Part shown: positions 1 to 8,694 of the stretch, piece by piece
How positions within the stretch are numbered: the stretch's first letter is position 1
Layout of the letters: every line of letters starts with the position of its first letter
Assembly: GCA_043228905.1 (NCBI GenBank)
Contig: JBHGNT010000533.1
Coordinates: 1-21,294 of the forward strand
Source: Azolla caroliniana
Lineage: Eukaryota; Plantae; Polypodiophyta
Direction: 5' to 3'
DNA length: 21,294 bases
Position numbers and translations under genes: made by a program
Notes under the pieces: generated by a model
What the model was told of the DNA's origin: nothing
What the model saw: the letters and a program-made list of their open reading frames with translations, nothing else
Databases searched by the model: none

Positions 1-432
1 GTCTTTATCGTTTGCACAGATGCTATGACCGTTATCAATACAATCAATATATTTAATGGTTTGAATATCAGCAGGAATTTTTGAAAGTCTTTCAACCTCT
101 AACTCTTTACGTTTTTACGATTTAAATCAGGGTATTTTTTCTTTAACAAATTGGTCAGTTAAATGAATAATTCCAGTAATGATGTCATGAATTTCGCCTT
201 CAACGTAGCCAATTTTTTCCATGAACAACCTTAACAGCTCTTCTTGAATAAAAGTATCTTCGAATAAATCGTGACAAATACCAATCTCAAATCCAAAAGG
301 TATACCTTGCTTTTGAGCTTCCTTACCTACCCTTAATGTATGAGTAAAATAAGGTTCATTGGTATATTTTCTTTTTTGAGTAAAGTGACCAATTTTTACA
401 AATTCCAGTAAAAGCGATTGACGTAAATCCAT
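1..432 (-). CDS. HD-domain metal-dependent phosphohydrolase (RelA/SpoT-hydrolase / Mesh1-like), 3' end runs off the window
   Basis: RKY..EPYFTH..RV and ICHDLFEDT (HD motif). After two homopolymer indels near 110-140 the frame continues YPDLNRK.RKELEVERLSKIPADIQTIKYIDCIDN (IK..D..DN motif). Confidence 0.75.
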
Positions 433-737
433 TATATTTCTGTTTCTAATGTTAAGGGTTGTTTATGAGCAATTTTGCGAACCATTTCGCCTAAATCTGT
501 CATTTCAATTTCGATACAATCGAGAATTGATTTATCAGTAGCTTTTGCAAATTCTTCAAAAGGACGTTTTTTACCAGCAAGTTTGTCTTCAAAGAACATT
601 AATTCTTGTGTTTGTTTAACAGTTACAGCTGAAGTTGATGTGAAATGATTATCCATTAATCGAGTTAAAACTTCACCTCTTTCTTGTTCACTTTCAAAAC
701 CATCTTTAAGGTTTTTGATTACAGTTTCTAATTTCAT
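432..737 (-). CDS. hypothetical protein (~101 aa, MKLETVIK...)
   Basis: ATG at 737 lies just downstream of the promoter repeat at 758-800. The longer 833 start overlaps that promoter and the upstream gene. Confidence 0.65.
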   Translation of the reverse strand: MKLETVIKNLKDGFESEQERGEVLTRLMDNHFTSTSAVTVKQTQELMFFEDKLAGKKRPFEEFAKATDKSILDCIEIEMTDLGEMVRKIAHKQPLTLETEI

Positions 738-757
738 GTTTTGATTTTTGTTTGAAA

Positions 758-800
758 CAAATTTATAAACTATATTTGAATTAAAAAAATTTATTTCAAA
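758..800 (-). promoter_or_regulatory. conserved phage promoter repeat
   Basis: Minus strand TTTGAA-N14-TTCAAA-N9-TAAATTTG; the last element matches the Bacteroidota -7 consensus TAnnTTTG. Confidence 0.75.
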
Positions 801-1490
801 ATAAAATAAGGCATTGCTCCACCTTGTGTACATCCAGGTACTGGGAGTAAATTATCTCCTTTAGCATCGTGAAGTAATTTACCAATATTTGTAAACCAAG
901 AACTTCTGTAATTTTGTTCAATATTATCCAAATGAATTAAACAATGAATACCACCTCTGGTTCTGATGATAGTTTTTCTCGTATCAACACCAACTGCTTG
1001 AGTAATTTGCTCAATTAATTGATCAGTTGTATCAATATCATCAATAAAATCAAAGTCAAAATCGTAAACTAACTTTCTATTCTTTGCCTTTTGAATTTCA
1101 GATAAGGTAACTCTGTATGGATTGTAACCATTATAAGTTCCTTCAAAACCTAAGTCAGTACATTTTCTACCGATTGCTTTATTTGCTCTAATTAAATCGC
1201 GTGGATTAGGGTTAATATAAACAGCTAAACCTTGTTGAGGAATTACTTTACCTTTATGAGTATACGATCCGATAGGACACTCCATTTGCATGATTTTTGA
1301 CAAAATTTCCCTTCTTATCACAAATGATTTTATGTAAAGGTGTTTCATTATTACCTAAATCCACTAATGGCTTACAGTATTTATTCCTGGCCATTAGTGA
1401 AAGGTAAAAACGTTCATGCTTTTTATTGTCTGGTAACCAATCAATAAATTGCTCTAATTCTTGCTTGTCCTTAATTATTTGGTAATTCAT
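791..1490 (-). CDS. archaeo-eukaryotic primase (AEP/Prim-Pol)-like protein, one apparent frameshift near 1310
   Basis: ORFs 1254-1490 and 791-1348 join at ...KIICDK/EILSKIMQM. Motifs VYDFDFD (DxD) and RTRGGIHCL (GxH) are present. Confidence 0.55.
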
Positions 1491-1494
1491 TAGT

Positions 1495-2607
1495 TCATTT
1501 GATGATTAACAATATTTTCGTCAGAAGCTTCATCTCCCCATGCAGAAACAATGAAATAACCCCCCATTTACAACGATAAAGTACAATTGGATCATCATCT
1601 CTGAAGAATCTTTCAGGTGCTAATTCTGGATTAAGATTCTGTACCTTTTGAATTACTTTGTATTTATCATTTACATCATGGTTTGATAAATCCATCATGT
1701 GTTTGGCAGCAACAATAGTATATTCTGGTTTGGGATTAACTAATCCCTGAAATCTTTCAATAGAATCACGAAGGATAAAAAAATCCACCACTTAAACAAT
1801 CAGGAGAGAATTGATAAACTTGTGTATCTCTTCTATCTAATACGTGATTGAAAATAAGGCATTTCAACAACAGTATGCATTTGAACTCTTGCTTGACGCA
1901 TTTCTTGCATTTGGTCGTTAGTACAGCGGCATACAATTTCTTCAACTGTATTTCTATTCATCAAAAAGCTATTTTTATTGATGATGTTTCTTTTAAACAA
2001 TTCATTAAGAAAACATGTATAAATACCTACATATTGTTCAATTAGAACTGACGATAGAACCGAATTAACATCTTTTACATTGGTATCAGCTCTTACAATA
2101 CGATCCCAATTAAATTCGAATCCATGAAATTGCATTCAAAATATGGCTTACACTCATACTTGAAATATTAGCGTTTTGCCAAGTCCAATTATGTTCTGGT
2201 ATAACTGGTTCGGTTAATAAACTTTTTTGTTTTGATGCCCATTCATTAAACTGAACAATTTCTTGTTGATTTTTATTTGGAATCGAATCAGTATATAAAC
2301 CAACAGCACCATGTACTAATCCATATTTTTGACAAATTTCTACAACTTTATCATCTGTGATAAATTTATAAATGTTTGTTAATGAATTGTACTGCTTAAC
2401 TTGTGATTGAAGTTTTTCAACTCTTGCAATTTCTTCTGGACTGATATCTCTGGCTTCTTTGAAATTGGCAAATCCTAAACCTGCTAAAGCATTAATTTGT
2501 TGTTTGTCAGTTTCTGCTGCTTTTTTTAGATGCTGTTTTGCATCCCTAAGCAATGTTTCTTCTGCTTTTGAAAATTCCGAATGAATTTCTTTAATGATAC
2601 TATTCAT
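1495..2607 (-). CDS. uncharacterised phage protein, ~370 aa, broken by about four indels; paralog of 13790-14542
   Basis: ORFs 2110-2607, 1833-2135 and 1495-1791 chain through frameshifts. The reconstructed C-terminus reads DDPIVLYRCKWG.YFIVSAWGDEASDE. Confidence 0.6.
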
Positions 2608-2612
2608 AATTA

Positions 2613-3500
2613 TTAAGATAAAAATTGTTTACGATATTTTAATAAAGCTAAATCTTTCATTTTGACTTCAAGTTCGCAATCCACATTACCAAATGTGTTA
2701 ATTTTTTCATAAACATAATCAGCATGAGCTCGACATAAAGCAGTAGCATCTTCAATACGTTTTAGAACTTGAATAATGTGTTAGTGGTCTATCAGAACCC
2801 AAGTACTATAAGCAATTTTTGTGGCTTCAAAAACATCGTATTGAGGAATTGAACATAAATGATGATGAAAATCAAAACAAATAGGAGTACCATTAATTTC
2901 ATTGAATCTTTTTAAGTCTTCAATATGATATCCAGATGCACGATCATCATTTTCAAGGATTAATCTTGTTTTAACAGGTTTTGGTAAAAATTGCCAGAAA
3001 TTTATAGCACGTTTTAAAGCTGATTCTTTGTCTCCATAGGTTCCACCAATATGAATATTAATTGGATATTTAAAACCTTCTAAACCCATCCATTCCATGA
3101 TTCTAGCATGTTGATGTAGATCAATAATAGTACTTGATTTTACGTCTGTTGATAAAGTACCTAATTGATTAAATTGTCCTGGGTGAAATGAAACTCGAAG
3201 TCCATTTGATTTAATGAAATCACCAATTCGTTTTAATTGGATTTTGATTTCTGGCCATTGAGGTAAATCTTCAAATTGATATTCACTCATCCAAGGAAAT
3301 AAAGATGAACTCATTCGGTAAACCAAAATGTTATTTTGAAGATTCCAAATTAATACTTTTTCAAGATCAATTAGATTTAAAAGTGCAAGTTCACCTGCAT
3401 AAGGTAATCCTCTTTGAAGAAACGTTTTCTTTATCATCCCTCTGTTTGTAGAAACTTTTGGTTCTAATGATAAATTAATACAGCAATAGCCTAAATTCAT
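2613..3500 (-). CDS. uvsE: UV-damage endonuclease (UvdE/UvsE family), one frameshift near 2799
   Basis: LGYCCIN, YRMSS.LFP, SFHPGQF, INIHIGG.YG, LENDD, FDFHHH. After a missing G the frame continues PLTHYSSS..AHADY..CELEVKMKDLAL to TAA at 2613. Confidence 0.92.
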
Positions 3501-3516
3501 GTGCGATTTATTATAT

Positions 3517-3563
3517 ACGATAAAAGTATATACTTTATATCGTTTGAAAAAAATTTATTTTAA
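3517..3563 (-). promoter_or_regulatory. variant promoter of uvsE overlapped by an operator-like palindrome
   Basis: ACGATA-AAAGTATATACTTT-(A)TATCGT dyad at 3517-3543 covers a degenerate -7 box (TACTTTTA). The upstream AAATAAATTTTTT tract matches the other promoters. Confidence 0.45.
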
Positions 3564-3721
3564 ATCTTTTTTAGTCAGCCCAGTTAATTTCAGAAAAGTA
3601 TCTTTCACATGAGCTCTTTACCAAGTTTGTCCCATTTGCTCTTAACCTTGACAGGTTTAATATAAGGTTGAAGATCAAATAGGACAAGTTGATTTGGATT
3701 ATGTGGTTCTTTTACCTTCAA
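3555..3721 (-). CDS. possible small hypothetical protein (frameshifted)
   Basis: TTG start, KVKEPHNPNQLVLFDLQPYIKPVKVKSKWDKL.../HVKDTFLKLTGLTKKDLK*. It fills the ligase-uvsE gap and stops inside the promoter repeat, as neighbouring genes do. Confidence 0.3.
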
Positions 3722-5016
3722 GATAAATGTGTTTGTGGACTGGAAATCTTAAAGAATCATTTCCTTTTTTATCTTTTGTTTGCTCGAAATATTGAACTGT
3801 ACATTCTTTATTCATCAATTGCTGAGGATTTTTGTAGTATTCACGTCTTTGTTCTAAAGTAAAAACCTGAACCAACCCTTGTTATTGAGTTACCAAATTT
3901 TACTTTAATTGCTGAAAGCATTTCTTCATCAGTTTCTATGCCATCAACAATTACTCTGATAAATCCCATTTCCCAACCAACAATCACACATTCACAGTCA
4001 TGCATTTTTTTACATTTAAGCATGTCATAAGTTCTTTTGGCTTGATATGGTACGTTTTTCTTAAGCATTACTCCTTCCCAGTTTCCAGCAGCAGATTTTG
4101 CCATCCATTTTTCAATATCTTCAAATGATTCAACTTCTTCATGAAGTAATGCTTCAAAATTCAAAATTGATAATTTATGAGCAAAAACAAAATGTACAAG
4201 ATTTGCATATCTTTGACTTAAAATATGTTCTGTAGAGCCCTTTAAGAAATCATCGTACGAAAGAATATCGAACATGATAAATTTCGGTGATTGAATAGTA
4301 TGATCTTTACGAGTAATTTCTGACATAATGCCATTAAAACTTTCATTACCATTTTTCATCCACTAAACAAATTTCGCCATCTAGAACAACATTTCTTAAA
4401 CCCAAAGGTTTTAAAATGTCAATAAGAACTTGAAGTGTTTTGAATAATTTACCTGATTTTGATTTGAAAATAATTTCTCCTTCATGATCAATAATACATA
4501 GACTTCTTACACCATCTAATTTTCTGGATGCTAACCATTGTTCATTTTCAAAATCAATACGTTTTGGATCGTATTTTTCAGCTAATTGAATTTCAAATGT
4601 TTCAATTAAACCAGGATAAGCTTCATTGATTAAAGTTGTAGCTACACGAAGCTTCGAATCTCTTGCTAAAATTTTAGTTACGATATCACCATAACCACAA
4701 TTGTCAATGAATATTTACATGTATGTAACGCTTCATGACCAGTAATTGTTCTTGTGGATAAGGCAGCTAAAAGAGTTGTCAGTTTAAAACCATTTACAAC
4801 ATCAGTGTTAACTTTAGAATGATTGATTTCTTTAAGTTTAAGCAATGCTTTATCAGATACATTGTACTTTATATAAGGATTGTAAATAGCTTCTAAAATG
4901 AATGCTATCGTTGTTAAATCCTTATATTTCATTAAGGTTTGTTTTTTGTGTGTAGTAAGATTTGAAGAGTTCATCTCTTTTTCAAAATCGTACCAAATTT
5001 GATAATGTGTATTCAT
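3699..5016 (-). CDS. ATP-dependent DNA ligase, three apparent frameshifts (~4715, ~4355, ~3863)
   Basis: The reconstructed frame has motif I SRKLDGVR, III VLDGEI, IIIa FIMFDIL, IV WEGVMLK, V MLKCK, and OB-fold VGSGFT and SLRFP. Confidence 0.92.
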
Positions 5017-5035
5017 GTTTTAATTTTTGTTGTTA

Positions 5036-5077
5036 CAAATTTAACATAATAATTTGAATTAAAAAATATTTTTTCAA
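5036..5077 (-). promoter_or_regulatory. conserved phage promoter repeat (ligase)
   Basis: TTGAA-N14-TTCAAA-N9-TAAATTTG, 20 nt before the ligase ATG. Confidence 0.75.
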
Positions 5078-5083
5078 TATCTT

Positions 5084-5500
5084 TTATGCTGTAAAATCAT
5101 ATTCTATGAAAATACATAAATCATCAATTAATTCTTGAGCTGTTGCATAAAAACTTATTGGTTCATTTCTAACATTTCTTTCATTCTTTTGAATAATTAA
5201 AAATAAAGGTTCGTTTTTATCGTTGATTAAATTTGTAACCATTACTATAAAAGAAACTTTAAAATCAATTTTATATTGCACTAATTCTAGATCGACTTTT
5301 TTAACAATTTGTTTTTGATAATTGTAGGAAGGAAAAACCCATTCTGGGGTGGGCTTTTCGACTCCATTTTCTATTAAATGAGCTCTAATCGCAATATCAC
5401 CACTTTTAAAGTGATCAACGTAATTTTGTATACTTTTACCTGTTATTGTATAGTTTTGAGGTTCTCTATTTTGAAAATAAAATCTTAATAATTTTGCCAT
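5084..5500 (-). CDS. hypothetical protein
   Basis: 138-aa ORF abutting its neighbours. Confidence 0.7.
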   Translation of the reverse strand: MAKLLRFYFQNREPQNYTITGKSIQNYVDHFKSGDIAIRAHLIENGVEKPTPEWVFPSYNYQKQIVKKVDLELVQYKIDFKVSFIVMVTNLINDKNEPLFLIIQKNERNVRNEPISFYATAQELIDDLCIFIEYDFTA

Positions 5501-6076
5501 TTATATAAATCTTTCTTTGAATTTTGTTTCGTTTGAAATATCTTGACCAAATAGATTTCTAAATTTCCAACCTTTTGGTGCAAGACATAAAGTTTTTAAA
5601 CCTAATTTATCAGCTGCTTTTAATCCAGCTTCATCAAAACCAGTTTGTCCACCACTTCTTACTAATTCAATATTCATTAACATGTGTTCAAGATCATATT
5701 GAAGTACTCGCATAAATTCAAATACAAAGTCATCAATTTGCTGTTGTGTTAATAAACCTCTCATGGTATAAATACCATTGCCAGCAATATTAATTGAAAG
5801 TTGTGGGCACGGATTGTTTGGGAAATTAGTAGTATTATATTCTTCGTCAATTTTAGTTGAAGCTTTTAACACCAAGTCATGGATAGCAGTTTCATCTTTT
5901 AAAAAGATTTCTTTTACTGGAATGTAAAGTTTACGTTGATCCTTTACTGCTTTTTTAGTCAATTTTTCGCCATGAGTATTAAAATCTCTGGCAAAGGCGA
6001 TCGTTACATCAGCTGAAGCATTTGTAATTGTACGAGGAGCATAACCTTCGTTTTGATCTTCAATAAATTCAATCAT
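5501..6076 (-). CDS. SLOG superfamily (YpsA/DprA/MoCo-carrier-like) protein with permuted motif order
   Basis: YAPRT..NA..DVTIAF, INIAGN, and SGGQTGFDEAGL...APKGW. Confidence 0.75.
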   Translation of the reverse strand: MIEFIEDQNEGYAPRTITNASADVTIAFARDFNTHGEKLTKKAVKDQRKLYIPVKEIFLKDETAIHDLVLKASTKIDEEYNTTNFPNNPCPQLSINIAGNGIYTMRGLLTQQQIDDFVFEFMRVLQYDLEHMLMNIELVRSGGQTGFDEAGLKAADKLGLKTLCLAPKGWKFRNLFGQDISNETKFKERFI

Positions 6077-6560
6077 CTTGTCTGGCTATTTTATTTAGAA
6101 GTGAAAGTACTAAACCATTTGGCAAAATACTTCTGTTATTTTTCTTAAATGTTTCATAATCACATCGAAAATAATCGTTGATAAAAGTAGCAACTGCACC
6201 TGATCTACTTACTCCAGCAGCACAATGTACAATAAAGAATTTCTTATCAGAATTTGATTTGATGAAGTTAAATAATTCTTTGGCTTGTTCTTCAGTAAAA
6301 GCTTTAATTGTAACTGCTTCATTTTTTGATGAAATAATAGTCGTATCTTCCTCGATATCATCAAAAAACATTGTAAGTAAGTTTTTCCTATTTTCATTGA
6401 AATAAGGAAACTCATCAGGATGTGATTGCTCTGTTCCACAAATGGAAATAAAGCAAGATTTTTTCTTTTCTTCAATGTTATCGAGAGTGACATTATTCTC
6501 TCTCATCATATCATCAAAATGTCTTTTAGGTACTGCGAAAGATTCTTTATTTTCCGACAT
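6069..6560 (-). CDS. protein-tyrosine/dual-specificity phosphatase family protein
   Basis: Catalytic HCAAGVSRS (CX5R) and an FDD general-acid loop. Start moved to ATG 6560 to avoid a long overlap. Confidence 0.85.
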   Translation of the reverse strand: MSENKESFAVPKRHFDDMMRENNVTLDNIEEKKKSCFISICGTEQSHPDEFPYFNENRKNLLTMFFDDIEEDTTIISSKNEAVTIKAFTEEQAKELFNFIKSNSDKKFFIVHCAAGVSRSGAVATFINDYFRCDYETFKKNNRSILPNGLVLSLLNKIARQDD

Positions 6561-7014
6561 ACCAAGCGCATTGAGGATTATTTGAATCAGAACATCCTTC
6601 ATTATGCAAAGGACCTGTCCATTGATGACATTTAAAGCATTCCTTTTCCATATACTGAGAATCATATTCTTTTTGAAAATCAATATATCTGAATCCTTGA
6701 AATCCTTTGAATTTTACAGGATCGTTATCAACATAGAAAAATTCACCTGTTCTAACAAGAAAATTACCATTCCACCCAATTGAAGTAGTTTGACATTCAA
6801 ATTTTGTTTGTTTTTTGATTCCAGTAAGTATCATATAACCCTTAATTATTCCTTTATGAGTTACATAAACTTTTGTTTTACCAAATTCATATTCTTTAGG
6901 AAGAAAAGGAACCTTAAAATTCAGCTCTAGATTCTTTTCTACAACATCTTTAAGTTCTTTTTGATAATCTTCCCATTTAATGCTTTTAGGGAGTGTTATG
7001 ATTAAATCTTTCAT
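6547..7014 (-). CDS. ASCH/EVE/PUA-like putative nucleic-acid-binding protein with C-terminal Cys cluster
   Basis: KVYVTHKGIIKGY...KGFQGFRY pattern and a CFKC...C...C tail. Confidence 0.45.
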   Translation of the reverse strand: MKDLIITLPKSIKWEDYQKELKDVVEKNLELNFKVPFLPKEYEFGKTKVYVTHKGIIKGYMILTGIKKQTKFECQTTSIGWNGNFLVRTGEFFYVDNDPVKFKGFQGFRYIDFQKEYDSQYMEKECFKCHQWTGPLHNEGCSDSNNPQCAWYVGK

Positions 7015-7015
7015 T

Positions 7016-7180
7016 TTATGAATAAGTTTCTTCAACTCTGAAAATATTTACTACAGGATATTTATGAACATCTCCTTCTTGACGATAAATGCAATACATA
7101 CCATCTTTAGTATAAGCATTTTTAACATTAAGATATTCAATACCTTTAGATTGACTGGATAAATGAACTATTATTTTCAT
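7016..7180 (-). CDS. small hypothetical protein (54 aa)
   Basis: MKIIVHLSSQSKGIEYLNVKNAYTKDGMYCIYRQEGDVHKYPVVNIFRVEETYS*, exactly filling the gap; not in the ORF track. Confidence 0.7.
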   Translation of the reverse strand: MKIIVHLSSQSKGIEYLNVKNAYTKDGMYCIYRQEGDVHKYPVVNIFRVEETYS

Positions 7181-7181
7181 A

Positions 7182-7526
7182 TTAATAAGTTGGGCTACAT
7201 TTTGGGCAAGGACAAGAAATCATGTGAATACAAGGACCCAATGCTGATATTCCAGTACCATGACATTTAGAACATTGATCATGCATACAAGGTCTCCAAT
7301 TTGGTTGTTTATTCCAACCTAAATTATCTAGGTGATTTTGTTGACGTCGAGCAAGCTCTTTTTCATATTGTTCTTGATTAATCCCTTGAGTTGTATTATT
7401 GATAATGACATTTGTATTAGTTAAAGTTGTCATTACATTAATTGTATGTTGTATTTCTTCCATTGAAGAATTATCAGGTAAAGCAGATTCTATTTCATTA
7501 CCATCGTGATATATTGTTAAAATCAT
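7182..7526 (-). CDS. hypothetical protein with C-terminal Cys/His zinc-binding cluster
   Basis: CMHDQCSKCHGTG...PCIHMISCPCPKCSP. Confidence 0.7.
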   Translation of the reverse strand: MILTIYHDGNEIESALPDNSSMEEIQHTINVMTTLTNTNVIINNTTQGINQEQYEKELARRQQNHLDNLGWNKQPNWRPCMHDQCSKCHGTGISALGPCIHMISCPCPKCSPTY

Positions 7527-7547
7527 TTGTGTGTTTGTTTGATGATA

Positions 7548-7590
7548 TAAACTTAACTAAAACGATTTACAAGAAAAAATTTTTTTAAAA
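7548..7590 (-). promoter_or_regulatory. degenerate copy of promoter repeat
   Basis: TTTAAAAAAAATTTTTC...TAAGTTTA with the same spacing, ~22 nt upstream of the 7526 start. Confidence 0.4.
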
Positions 7591-7620
7591 AAATATCCCC
7601 TCTACTTTCGCAGAGGGGAT
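7586..7620 (-). terminator. intrinsic terminator closing the RNA operon
   Basis: ATCCCCTCTGC-GAAA-GTAGAGGGGAT (11-bp stem, GNRA loop) followed by ATTTTTTT. Confidence 0.9.
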
Positions 7621-7646
7621 TTCCTATCTATATTTGTGTGTTTGGT

Positions 7647-7864
7647 TTATTTTCCTGAAGGTAACATTAACATTGCATTACCACCTGCTTGAGTTGTAGG
7701 TAAAGAACCGTCCCATTTTTCAATCCATTGTTTTTGTATCAATAGAGGTGTAATGGTTTGTTGACGTAACCTATTGGCTTCAGATTCTGCTCTTGCTCTT
7801 ACCAATGTTGCTTCAGCTTCCAAGGAAAGTACAAAGTACTCACCTGTTCAATTTTTGCAATCAT
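7647..7864 (-). pseudogene. C-terminal remnant of an SPFH/band-7/prohibitin family protein
   Basis: Frame 7823-7647 reads LEAEATLVRARAESEANRLRQQTITPLLIQKQWIEKWDGSLP... There is an in-frame TGA at 7848 and an out-of-frame ATG at 7864; the SPFH core is absent. Confidence 0.65.
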
Positions 7865-7872
7865 TAGTTTTG

Positions 7873-8016
7873 TAGAAAGTGAAGGATTCGAACCTCCGGC
7901 ACTACTTAAGGTGGTCAAATGATCTGGCCTCGTAAGGCGATGTTATCATTATCGGCGTTCCTTGTTCATGTTGCATCCTGTCCCGACCCAACTAGTATTT
8001 AGCCCAACAACTTTCT
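7873..8016 (-). ncRNA. 144-nt tRNA-like RNA with expanded central domain
   Basis: Acceptor stem AGAAAGT/ACTTTCT-A and T arm GGAGG-TTCGAAT-CCTTC. There is no canonical D or anticodon arm; an internal GCCT-TACG-AGGC hairpin is present. Confidence 0.7.
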
Positions 8017-8022
8017 ATTTGA

Positions 8023-8307
8023 AAGAATATTATTCACGATTTTCAGCATGAACTTTGCCTTAAGAGGTTTTTGGTGCCCTCTGACGTCTCATTGGCACTC
8101 GTTGGTTCTCATTAGCCGCGGACAAAGCTTTACAAAAAGTAACGACCTCTGAATATGATCTTCTGGCATTATGTGGTTTTAAAAAGGTGAACCAGCCGCC
8201 CATAAGAATTTCAACTTTACCGGTACGAATCAACCAACTTAATTGGAATTAGGGTAAACGTATTTTTGTTTATCTTTACCATTTACTAATCTTCAAGTAA
8301 TATTCTT
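8023..8307 (-). ncRNA. unassigned ~285-nt structured RNA
   Basis: 10-bp terminal stem AAGAATATTA/TAATATTCTT exactly spans the gap between two tRNA-type genes. GC is raised, there is no long ORF, and several internal helices can form. Confidence 0.6.
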
Positions 8308-8308
8308 G

Positions 8309-8383
8309 TGCTCCATGTAGGATTCGAACCCACAGCGTCCTGAGTTAGGGGTCAGGTGCATTAACCATTGATGCTAATGGAGC
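8309..8383 (-). tRNA. tRNA with 8-nt anticodon loop CCCCTAAC (amber-suppressor CUA or Arg CCU, undetermined)
   Basis: GCTCCAT/ATGGAGC-A acceptor, GCAT/ATGC D stem with TGG, CCTGA/TCAGG anticodon stem, GTGGG-TTCGAAT-CCTAC T arm; CCA not encoded. Confidence 0.85.
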
Positions 8384-8403
8384 TTTTTGAAAAGTAGGGA
8401 AGA

Positions 8404-8694
8404 TTAATTCTTCCCTACCAGTTTTAAATTTTTGAACAACTTCCCATTCGCCTGGGTAGCAATTGCAGTTATCGCGTTATCCTGATCTGGTTCTCGAAAT
8501 GGAGTATAACTTTCTAGTCGTCTGTCTAATTTAAACATTTGTCTGTCCAAATTATCAGCTTCCAAACATACTACTCTTTGATTATTCCAAGTTTGATCTG
8601 GATTTTCCAACAACCATTGTATTCCGGCGTGAACGCATTGGGCTGTTTGTAAGCCCACCGGCATTTTACGAACCAGGATGTACAGCGTTTCCAT
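8404..8694 (-). CDS. peptidyl-tRNA hydrolase PTH2-like protein
   Basis: LYILVR..P.G.Q.AQ..HA, VVCL and F.EPD....TAIA are typical of the PTH2 fold. The family Lys appears replaced (GLQTAQ). Confidence 0.75.
   Translation of the reverse strand: METLYILVRKMPVGLQTAQCVHAGIQWLLENPDQTWNNQRVVCLEADNLDRQMFKLDRRLESYTPFREPDQDNAITAIATQANGKLFKNLKLVGKN

Noticed and set aside
1833-1835. TAG at the end of ORF 1833-2135 as a recoded amber codon
   Set aside because: Read-through hits TGA within 11 codons; the protein continues in a different frame.
3699-5016. Split ligase and uvsE as evidence of programmed frameshifting served by the 8-nt-loop tRNA, or of introns
   Set aside because: Breaks are both +1 and -1, fall mostly in A/T runs rather than at AGGG/UAGG codons, and contain no inserted sequence. 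Sequencing error is the simpler explanation.
7825-7846. CAG|GTGAGT splice-donor look-alike and a 10-nt match to tmRNA (GAAAGTACAA)
   Set aside because: Short matches like these are expected by chance, and the context is prokaryotic.
8023-8307. RNase P RNA or group I intron call for the 285-nt RNA
   Set aside because: Only partial echoes are present (GGTAAAGTTG, TTCAGAGGT). Conserved regions and their order do not fit, so it is left unassigned.
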